Assembly: GCA_002633005.1 (NCBI GenBank) | Contig: NMRA01000612.1 | Span: 62,001-126,000 of the forward strand | DNA length: 64,000 nt | Origin: Phoronis australis | Lineage: Eukaryota; Animalia; Phoronida | Direction of reading: 5' to 3' | In this document: piece by piece, positions 24,601 to 36,600 of the stretch | How the letters are laid out: the number at the start of each line of letters is the position of its first letter | Numbering within the stretch: the first letter of the stretch is position 1 | Translations under genes and position numbers: made by a program | Notes under the pieces: model-generated | Told to the model about the DNA's origin: nothing | Seen by the model: only the letters and a program-made list of their open reading frames with translations | The model's database searches: none

Positions 24601-27600
24601 TACACCACGTGCCCTCATTTCATTCGTTGCATTATTCCCAATGAGAACAAGAGAGCAGGTAAATGTGTTACACCCCCAATGGTCATGGTATTACCCGTCC
24701 GAGCGTGATACAACACCCCCATTACCATCCTCTGAAGAATGTGCCGCCAACCGTTGTTGTCCCCTTACCCATCTGCTGTTGCCTTGGTTGAGCACAGCTC
24801 TGTGTGTTTCACAGTGGAAGTAATAACGACTTTATTGACATCATTGTTATGACTCCAGGTGTGCAATACTTATTGAACCAGTTGTTTTGGCGACCACTGA
24901 TTTGCTTGGTGTATGAATCCATTCAACAAAAGTGTGTTGTTTTGCCAGAAGAACCACCACTAAAACATGCTCAGGGAATGCCTGGTATTATCAAGTTGGA
25001 TACAAACTGAAAAGGCTTGATCACTGTCTCCTCTGACTCTTCTCTGTGTATGACAACTCGCATGTTTTATGGCTCTCTATCTGGTAATGACACTACTTTG
25101 ATATGTATCATAACTGTACTATGCAACCAGTACAAGAGCTCTACTATGCTGAGTGCATGGTTTCTATATTTGCCTATTCAGGTGATCCGCATGGTTATCT
25201 CATTGTGTGCCTATTCCCAGGCCCTCTTTCAATTGTGTGTTTGCAGGAATCCCTCCATAAACTGATGATAACCTTACAAAGCACCATGCCTCACTTTGTC
25301 CGTTGCATTATCCCCAATGAACACAAACAACCAGGTAACCACGAGTGAACACACCACTGCATGGTGATAGCTGGTGAAGCACCAGTATGCTGCTACTAAG
25401 TCTGTTGGTGCCTTGTTTGTGCCTCCACAAATCAATAGCTGCTGGTGTCCAGAATTACCTGCCCGCATTCAACTGCACAAGGGAGAGGTTGCTCCAGAAA
25501 GGCAGAGTGATAGCTGTGTTCACAGTGTAGGAATGGGTGGTCATCTCATGGCCCCTCACAAACCTGTCGCCGGGCTCTGTCTATTGATGACTGGTGGTAG
25601 ATAATGGATTTGTGGCTTACATGACATTCCATACCATGAAGACCAGTCACCATTGTTTCCTGGATATGGTCACTACAACTGACCAATACAAATGACCACG
25701 AGCTTCAACTATTCCCATCAAGTGATCACCTTTTCTACTAATTTCACTGACTGTGTGTTTCCTTTTTCATGCATGGTGTGTGTGTGTCTTCTAGGAGAGT
25801 CTCTGGAAGCTGATGACCACATTGAGGGCGACATGTCCCCACTTTGTCAGGTGCATCATTCCCAATGAGAACAAAGCTCCAGGTGATGGTTTAACTAGTC
25901 TGCTGTATTCGCTGGTCAAATTTAGAGAAATTGTGAAAAAATCTGTTGACAGTATATCTTCAATCCAATGACTAATTGGAGTATACCGTATAAAGTATAA
26001 TTCGAGTTTTTAAAATAAAAATAAATAATGTGACACCTTTTAGTTAATTTCCAGCAGTCTGCATGCCAAAAGTCTTGGAAAAGCACCAGAGATTGCATGG
26101 TGGCTTCACATGACTACAGTAACAGGGTGCAACACTTGATTTCTAACACTAACTGTAGTCTGTTTAGTACCTTTTAACCATGTCACTTATAATAGACTAA
26201 CCAAAGCTCTGCTATTCAATGTATCAGTTAAGTGATAAAATGCCCTTAGTTTACTGCTACACATACTGAGATTTGTTTATTTAGATAGTCTTCACAAAAT
26301 TCCCATTGTACCATACATACATGTAGTTTCCCTCATATTTTAGTTTACCAAAATGCAGTTTTATTCATTTAATTGTGCATGCTAAATAGCCTACTGTAAT
26401 AGCTAGATGAGTTAACTATGAAGAAGCAAAATAAAAATCTGCAGTCGGCCATTTTAAATTATTTTTTATTGAGTTTTAATTCTTAGATGTTATTGTAGTT
26501 ACTTGCGCTATTGAGGCTAATGTATTTATTCCTTTGTCTTTGTTTTTGCTTTATGTTGCTGCCTTCCCAGTCTCTTCTTAGGACTGCTGGTCAACATGTT
26601 GTAACTGTTCACCCCACTTGTAGGTGAGATTGACGCGGCATTGGTACTCAACCAGTTGCAGTGCAATGGTGTACTTGAGGGTATCCGTATCTGCCGTAAG
26701 GGTTTCCCCAACAGGATGATCTATTCTGAGTTCAAGCAGAGGTGGGTGCTGTTTAACTACTATATTTTGTTATGCTCAGTTACTCACTGCGTTTCATAAG
26801 GCGGGTTTCTTGCAACATCACGTAAGTCTCCGTATGATTTTTGCATGTATTACAAGCGATGTACTAGCATTCATTCGCGAGTATATTGTATTGCAGAACG
26901 GATTCTGGTCAAAATGTTGAAATATTGTGAATGATGAGGTATTGGTACAGTCATGAGCAAGTTTAAGGTTATCATCATTCGTCCATTTTGCACCATGAAA
27001 AATGAGGCTTCCCTTGTGACGTAGTTTTCAGCCTCTGTTGCTTTCTAGATACTCCATTTTGGTGTCCAATGTCATCCTGCTTGTCTGACTTAGTGTTTTA
27101 TATCTGTGACAGTGAGGCTTATCCATGTGTTGTAATCATCTGTTATTTCCAGATACTCAATTCTGGCTCCCAATGCCATCCCATCTGGCTTCGTTGACGG
27201 CAAAGTGGCCTCTGAGAAGGTTCTTGCAGCCCTCCAGCTTGATGCCAATGAGTACCGCCTGGGTCACACCAAAGTGTTCTTCCGTGCTGGTGTTTTGGGT
27301 AACCTTGAAGATATGCGTGACGAGCGTCTGAGCAAGATCATTTCTCGCTTCCAAGCGTTCATCCGTGGCTACCTGATGCGCAAGGCCTATAAGAAACTGC
27401 AAGACCAGCGTGTGGGTCTCTCCGTCATCCAGCGCAATATTCGCAAGTGGCTCCTCCTCCGCAACTGGCAGTGGTGGAAACTGTACACAAAGGTAATTGC
27501 CATCAGAATTTTTTGTTTATGTAAAACTTATATTCAGTTAGTTTTAACATGGGCTGGTTTAAATTAAACTTACTATAAACCCGCATTCCGTCAAAGAAAC

Positions 27601-30600
27601 AAACTTTTGATTTAGGCCACTTACCACTGTGAAATTAATCTCAACTTGTTCCGTACTGAGATGAAAAGGGATATTTTTGGGGTTGCAAAGAACTGGTTGT
27701 TTGTTATTCCTTTAGACTTTGCTCAGGACATAAAATGACGCGCTGTGATAAGTAAAGTTGTTGAGCCTGGTCTCGAACAATAACAAACTTTTCGTTCTTC
27801 CAAATCCAGAAATCCCCTTCAATAAGAATTGAGTTGAGAACAATGTTATAAATGTACCAAGATATAAAGTGTTTTTGACAGAAGGTGGATTTATAGGTGC
27901 TTTAACTATCTCCACCTGACTAGTATTATTACATATTCTCCTATAGATGTCATGGGTGTGTGTTTATTTGCTTTCTTATCTTGAGGTGGTATGAATCTCA
28001 TTCTTAACTTTGCATAGCTGAATACACAGCCATACCTGAGTTGTGCATATCAGCTCACCTTATCAACATGTAAACATGGTTTTCGCCCTCAAATTGCCTC
28101 TTGATAAAACAACCTGATTTGGGTCATAGAGTGAAGGGGATTCCTGGTCTACTCTCCTGTGGAGCCATGTGTACATAGGACTTTGTTCCGACTGGATTCC
28201 TGGCTCTTTTACCGTTAACTTGAATGCTCCTGCCAGATGATAACAGGCCTATTAAGTAATTGAAACATGCTGACCTGTGACATTGGTGCACTGCTTTGAA
28301 ACACATGTACAGGTTAATGCCGCCATCCGTTTGTTGACACTCTCTTTGCTGTGCATGGGAAGAACTGGATTTGTAATTCATTGGCACAATGGACGATATG
28401 ACAGTGTTCATTTGAGTGTCCCAATCCAAGGAATACAACACCACCATGGATAATGACTCTGAAGGCTCAGGCACTGATGTCTATGCTAATGGATTCGAAC
28501 ATGACTTAGAATTCAATGAACTGAAAATTGAGGAAGATTCGGATCATCTTGACCATCTTGCTATATCCTCAATTTGCAATGCACCTCTTAATGGCGACCA
28601 TGACACTGTAAGGATCAGATTCTAGTTTTTATAATGTACTAGTCTGGGAGCATAATTTTCACCTAATACTAACTTTGTGTAAATTCACTTCTGTGTTGGC
28701 TCTCGCTACTCTTGTCTTCTGGTTTTCCATTACAAAATGTCGCTGCTGAATTTTTCAGGTCAAGCCTTTGTTGAACGTTGCCCGTGCTGAGGATGAGATG
28801 AGGAAGCAGGCTGAAGAATTGGAGGCAGCCAAGAAAGAAGTCGAGCGTCTCAACAAACTGTCTAAGGAATTGGAAGAGCAGAACACTGTCCTTCTCCAGG
28901 CTAAGAATGACATCTTCCTTGAGCTCCAGGTATGTACTGTCACATGTCAGATTATTTGGAGTACGTTTTAGCATTGGCTTACACAATGCATTTTTAATTG
29001 TTACGGCAATGGGTGAAATGGTAATAAAACATTGAAATTGGGTCTCACGTGATAAAACAAGTGTATTTAAGGTTAGTCCAGTGGTACTGGTCTATTGGTC
29101 TGTGTTTGATTTATGGCTGTTGTAAACTTCCCATTCTGCTCAGCATAGTGATGATGAGTGATGTTGATTGCTTGGGTCATCGAGGGTAACATAGATATCT
29201 TGTTCTCAGTGGTCAGATAAACTATCACAGAAAGTGTGACTAGATTATGGCAAGGTATCTTTTGCGTTTGTTCTTACCCATTTCTAGTTCAATATTCTAG
29301 AATTTTATCCAACCTCTCTTGTGAAAAGTTGCAGTGATGTCAGGTATACATATAAAAATGATTAATGAGAATGTTTGTACCCATCAGGCTGAGCAAGACA
29401 CAATGGCAGATGCTGAAGAGAAGATTGCCAAGTTGATCACACAACGTACAGACATGGAAGCACAGCTGAAGGAAATGGAGGATCGACTGATGGATGAGGA
29501 GGATGCAACTGCTGAGCTAGAGGGTGTTAAAAAGAAAATGGAGGCTGAGGCTGACGAACTGCGGAAGGATGTGGAGGACCTTGAGTCAGCTCTTGCTAAG
29601 GTGGGTAGTGGCACTGTTGTGGGGCGGGTGATGTGGAAATTGTAACATTTAGTAAGGATAACGTCATTGACTGTGACTGTCTTAGAGGAACATATAGTTG
29701 TGTTTTGTTGGCTACAGTGTAAGGGATGGAAGTGGTCAGGGGGTAGTTTATGCTGGTAGTGATGTTGTAAAAGAAGGGGTAGCATTTAAGTGGCAATGGT
29801 ATTTAACAGATGAAATGTATAGTAGCATTTTGGTGATGATATCTTAGTGAAACAAATAGCAAGATTTAATAGAAGGCGGGTCAGTGTCTGAGGTGCAGTG
29901 ATTCTGTAAAAGTAATGGTAGTGTTTTGATGGTTGGGGGAACAAATGGCTGCATGAGTGTGTTAAGACAGATTATCTATGTAACAATGGTGAAGCTCATA
30001 CGCATGTGTTGTTTACACAGTCTGAACAAGAAAAGACCACGCGGGACCACCAAATCAAAACCCTACAAGATGAAATGGCCCAACAAGACGAAGCTATTGC
30101 CAAGCTGCAGAAGGAGAAGAAAAATATGGACGAAGGCAACAAAAAGCTGCTGGAGGACCTACAGGCTGAGGAAGACAAAGTGAACCACCTCAATAAACTC
30201 AAGTCCAAACTGGAACAGACTCTGGACGAGGTGAGCCACTGGTGGCCATGTTGGATTAGGCTGCAGCACTTAGCCCACATAGTTCATAGTACATAATATA
30301 TTCGCTTGTTCTGATGTCTGTGACTGCAGACACCATTTCTGGGTGTCACAGTTTATTGAGAGTTCACTTTCCTGCTATTGTAGTAGTAACCATTCGGCAG
30401 CCACATTGAATGTTTAGTGCATTGTACATGGTGAAATGGTTGACGGAGAGGTTGCATTGCCAAGTATTTTTTGATTCTGTACAAGAAATAAATCAATGAT
30501 TTGATAAAGACTTGAAGTGGACATCAAGAGTTGAAGTTGTAACAGCAACTATTCACTCCTCAAAATGAAGTTGACTGCAATGTCAGCCAGATTTATTGGC

Positions 30601-33600
30601 TTATTTTAAAATTTCTATGATTTCCTGACTATTAAGCATCTCTGTCTTCTTCTTTGCATATTTAGCTGGAAGACAACCTGGAACGTGAGAAGAAGCAGCG
30701 TGCTGATGTAGAGAAGGCCAAGAGGAAAGTGGAGGGTGACCTGAAGATGACACAGGAGACAGTGGAGGACCTAGAGAAGGTGAAGAGAGATCTGGAGGAC
30801 AATGTCCGCAGGTACGTGCAGCTGTAACAATGGGTTGGGTGGTCGTGGGGGTAGGACAATAATTGGGTTGTTTGTGGGCACCACACTGCAGCTGTGGTAG
30901 AGGGTTGGTAGGTCATGTGCAGATTACTGCAACTTAGGCAATGTGTTGGACTGTCATGTGTGTCATTGAAATGGTATTCTTGTTGGTCCAAAACTTCAAG
31001 GGGCATTAAAGGTTATCTAGGTGCCACGAAGCTTGATGTACATTATTGTATGATCTCTGTTATAACAACTTTCCATTGTGTTTTGTTCCATTCATCTGAT
31101 TGGGAATATATATTTTGTAGGAGGGACCAGGAAATCAATGGCCTCAACTCCAAACTTGAGGACGAGAAAAATATTGTTGCACAACTCCAGAAGAAGATCA
31201 AGGAACTACAGGTAAGCACTTGTTTACATGCTTCCAACTACTTCATAGTATTTTCACTGTTGTTTCATTGTCTGGGAAGTTTTCAAGGGTGTGTGGAACT
31301 GATGGAAAGGTGGTCGCTGATTTGTGTGTATTTTGTGTGAAGTTAATGTGAACTGTCATGGAAGTGACTTGTCAGAGCAAGGTGTGACCGAGATGTTATC
31401 CTGTAGTGAGAGAGATCAAGTATAGTTAGAAAATTGTCATTGAGCTGCAGCCTTTGAAATGAATGATCATTCTGTGCAAATGCACACATTTGACCAATCA
31501 GACGGGACCCTTATCCCATGAATGACTCCTGCTTTGTGTTCTCACTCTATTCAGATTCATGAAGGACCATTTCTTGCCACCATGTGTCTTGAAATTTATG
31601 GCAGCATGTTTTAACCACAACAGCTAGGGTAACTGGTCTTGAAGTATTTCTTCGATTCACGTCTATTCTCTGATTCCAAGTTGCAAGAAGAAATAGATGG
31701 GTGTGTGTATGCATGTTGTAGAAATCCAAAACAAATACAAATTTTTCCCTGACATAATCTGAATTGTAATTACATTTTCCTTTTATTAATTATGATCATC
31801 ATTTAATGAATTCCTCGCTACGACATTTGCAAATACATTTTTAAACTAATACTTCATATTATTACTAAGATATCTTGATTGAATGCTTTCTAAACACAAA
31901 CTTTGAGCATCTTTTCCAAAAATAACAATTTTCTTCAGTAAAACATTAAATTAATATTTCATATTATTACTAAGGTAATAATCTTGATTGAATGCTTTCT
32001 AAACACAAACTTTGAGCATCTTTGCCAAAAATAACAATTTTCTTCAGTAAAACATTAAATTAATACTTCGTATTATTGCTAAAATATTTTTCCAAAAAAC
32101 AACAATTTCCTTGAGTAAAACATTGTTTTCAAAAAATTAATGAATGTGCTTGTAATACATTTCTTCATGCAAGTTGATAAAATTACTTAATATCAGTGTT
32201 TTAAATGAAAGTTTTGTATTTTCGTATTTTCGTACAAATTGTCTCCACATTTATATGTATGTGAACCTTAACTAGGACAACTCAAAAGAGAAAGCATGAA
32301 ATGGCTTCCTTTCCCCATATTCTGTAGTGTGGGTGTGTTGAGGTGGATCAAGTTACATTCCTCTTCTTCTCTTGACTATAAAAGGAAGCACCAGTCTGTC
32401 TATGACCTCCAGACAGTAGTAATTAGGGTTTGTCTCCTATTAATATCAGCTGTTACCAGAACTTGGTATTCTCTTGTTTTTTTAAAGATTTTGTTCACGG
32501 TGACTGCTTGTGCTTGTGTAACTGAAAGTGCTACTCAAGCATAAGGACAGGAGCAGTTAATAGATGTCTAGGTTGTGCTCCATGGCCCAGTTTTGAATAA
32601 CGTATTTTCCAGACTCAGTTGTATGCCTTGGTGACAATACAATGCTATTGAATATCTCACATTTTGACTTGTTCCTTGAAAATATCAAGCTGTATCATTT
32701 AATGTTGATGGTTGAATATTCTCCAGATGATCTCATGGTTTATGTACGGTTGTTATTCTGGTAGCTTAATTTGGATTGGGATTTTCCAAATTCTGGGGCT
32801 CATCAAGGGACTGCAATAAACACATTTGGGCATGTGTTTTACATTATCTTTTCAACAGCAGCAGGTTCATACAATCCAGGAACAATTTCAGAAATCATGC
32901 TTGTTCAGGGGCCATTCAGTTTTGATGGTCCATTACATGGATTGGGAAGCTTTACAGTGTGCAATTGTTAACTTACAAAGATGCATGCCTCATTTGATTT
33001 GGCAGTCTGGCCAACCCACTCTTGTGTGTGCCGTTAATCTTCTGGCCGTGTTTTCACCTGATTGGATTGTGGAATGGAATTCCAATTAACCTCCTAGGAA
33101 CCCCAGCCATTTTATTGGTCTGCCCAATGTGCCATCCTTTTAAGGCACAGTCAAGATGGTGTAGACATAAACACCGTCAGTCAGCCAACAGAGTGTTGCT
33201 AACAGTCATCACACCTTAGCGGCCTGATTTATCATTTGTGGATGGGCTGTTGAGCATAAACACTCTGTCTGTGTGTGTCTGTTCCTCTCACTGGGTCTCA
33301 TCCTAAGCAACTGCTGCCATGGCTGATGTGGAAGTGCAGAATAGCTCTATTGAGAGCTTTGCTGATTCTCAGCTCTCTGATCCTGAGGAGTCAATCACTG
33401 TAGTCAGGAAGACAGTGAACTCTACACCACAAGGGACTGTCAAAACTGTCAATGTTTCTTCGTCACAGTCACGCAGCACCTTCAATGCCAGCAGTGCTGA
33501 ACAGGACATTATTTCCAACAGGCCCTTGGCTTTCAGCCGTGGCAGCGTGGACCCTTTCGTCAACCCTCATCTCAGTGCAAGGAGTAAAAAAATCATCAGG

Positions 33601-36600
33601 GAGAGCTTTGATCTACAGGCAACTTCCCCTGGACTAAGACATTTGTTTGAAGTGGGTATTTGTGCCATTGTTTACTTCCATGGCATAATTAATCTGCTTC
33701 AGCTTAAGCTATCAATATTCCAACATTTGAGTTGCTTAATTATGCCAACCTGGGCCTGCCTCCATTAGATTGTTGTTTTGAAAGGTTTGTCTTTTCTGAA
33801 AACTAGACGTGAACACTAAATTTCACCCGTGTGATGATGGATTTGAATGTTGGACAGTAAGTTGGTTTGTGGATATGAACGATAAGTGTGAATGAGAAAG
33901 AAATGGGTTTTTCCTTTTATCTTGGCTTTATCTGCTTTGTTCTGCAGTCCTGGAATCAATACTATTGTATCAGTACATTAAAAGTGCTTCATTAGTGCCT
34001 ACTTGCATAGTGATGTTGTGACAGTTACTAACCTCAGCTGCAGATGGTTTTCCGATGCCATACAATTGGAATTTTTTCAGATCTGCATTAAACATGTTTA
34101 GTTCAGTTGTAAAGCATTTGTTATACTTTATTTTCATGCTACTATAGCCTTAAGTTAACTACGTGTGCCATGTGTGAATGTAAATGTTTGTTTAAAAAGT
34201 GCTGATGTTGGCAATAATCTTTTACAGGCCCGCATCGAAGAATTAGAAGAAGAACTTGAGGCTGAGAAGGCATCACGTATGAAGGTAGGGGGCACTCCGT
34301 TTTTACCTTACCTGAGCTTGTAAAAGTTTATTGAGATGAAGTTTGGGAGGTCCTGGTCAATCAACTTGAACTGGAGATGTAAACCAATATATCTGTCCTT
34401 GGAGTTCACATTCCATGTGGTTATAATATAAACAAGGCAATGTGGTCTTTAGATTTGGCTGGTAAAATGTTGCTTAATGACACAAAAATGAAATAGTGTT
34501 TTTTATTGCTTTACTTGGCTTTACAATTGTAAGACATAGTGTAATGAGACATTCTTTAATCAGACAATCAAAACTTTGAACAAGGCTCATTATAATATAA
34601 AATGGGCAATGAAACATTAGTATGTGTATTCTTCAGATTTGGCTGGTTTAATGTTGCTTAAAGGCATAGAAATAGAATAACAGTTTTTAGTGCTTTTGCT
34701 TAGATTTACAATTATAGGAGATACTTTATTGAGATAATCAAAACTATGAAGGGTCACCCTCTGTTTACTGGAGATATTTTATCTCTGTCTGGTATGGCTT
34801 ATACTGGGTTGTAAATCCCTGCAGTATATTTCCATCCATTGGAAGTGTATTCAGAGAAATTCTAAATCACTTAGTCATGCTGGAGTAATCCTGCAATCTG
34901 ACAATGTCAGTCTGGTTCAAATGCCACAGACATACCTTAAGCTGTTCTTGATACCTCAGACAGCTACCCTTAACCGTCTTAACCAATACCATATTTGTTC
35001 ATATGCCAGTGCAGCGGATACTTGGGAAAATCAGTTTTTGTAACTTTGGTTTTGAGTAAATTCTTTAACTTACCTGGCATTATTTACAATAAAACCTTCC
35101 TTATGTATGCCCATGTTGGTTTATGAATTGTGCTAAGCAAAGCCCGCTGAATTGAAATAGTTACATATTCAAGAGGCTTAATGAAGTCACCCAATTATCT
35201 AATCTTGGAAATGTAAGTAAACAAGTGTTTAATGTTTAGTTTCCCTGTCCTTTTCCACAAGCCCACTGCCCTGGAATGACTATAGGGTATTTATACATAT
35301 CCCGATGGTATTCAGTTCCACCTGCATTTTAAAGCCTTTGTACACTGGTCACTTTAGGTTGAGAAGCAACGTCAAGAACTCGCCAGAGAACTTGAGGATC
35401 TCAGCGAGCGTTTGGATGAGGCAGGTGGCGCCACTGCTGCCCAGGTAAGACACCACATCTGCCTAACTTATATTTTTAGGTGCACACAATTAGATCAGTT
35501 TTTTTGTGGATTTAGAAAACTAGTTCTCTCCACTCAGTAACTTGTATGAAACTGCTGGTTGACAAAATCCAGCACCCCTGTGAGTGACTTTTGCCAATTT
35601 TTTTACTGTCACCAATGTTTTACCTGATGAAAGTGTTAGACACCACATCAGTTTGTATCTTATGTTAGATTAAGTTCAACGAGCTAATTAGTGGGAGCTT
35701 AATGTTTATTTTTGACTGCCACAAATGCTTTGCCTGATGAAAAAGGTTAGACAATACACCTTTCTACTTTGTATTTTAAGTAAGCTTACACTCATTGAAC
35801 TAATTAGTGGGTGCTAAGTGTTTATTTACGACTGCCAGGAATGCTTTAAGTGATGAAAAGGTAGATGATACACCTGTCTATCAAAACTTTCATTCTTGAA
35901 CTCGTTAGTGGGAGCAATGTGTGACTGCCATGAATGTTTTGATTTGTAAAAACCTGTTCCTTTCGAGCAATGCATTTTCGTCATAAGATACAGGAATCAG
36001 TCATTAAGATGCCATGTTGCTGCAAATCTTTTCTAGCTGTTTGTATACATCTTATTCTTTTGTTTAGGTTTCTTATTGACATTTTATTAAATGAGCATTG
36101 ATCTTTAGAATGCAATCTGTTTAGTCATTGAATGCAAGGTGGTGTCCAGCGCAAGAAATTTGTAGTCTTCTTCTTTAGGGGGCCTTGCTTGTTCTCTTAT
36201 GTCAATTGTAGGTAACTAAATAATCATACCAGACATTGTTGAGATTAGAAAAAGACATGTGGACTTGGTTTATGGGTGATAACACCTGATAACTCTCAGT
36301 TGAAGTGTTTTTATCTGACGTCACTGATCTAGTTCACTAGCTTAGTAGGCACACATAAGAAATGTGCTCACTTTATCTGAAGGATGGTCTATATCTCAAC
36401 AGTGTTTGATTTATGTAACCACTAACGGGATCAAACAAATTTGAGTATTGTGCATTGAGAAGCATTTGAACCAGTCTTCTTACCAATAACCATGGACATC
36501 TCAGTGGCAAGGCTGAAAATTAGACACAAGCTGAAATCACTAAAAGCTGGTTACCATGGCAATGATGAGAGCAGATTGAGGCCACATGCACTTGTTGCTG

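Noticed and set aside
20139-25882. Regularly spaced similar blocks resembling a CRISPR array or tandem repeat
   Set aside because: They are protein-coding exons with AG/GT ends and synonymous divergence in a eukaryotic gene
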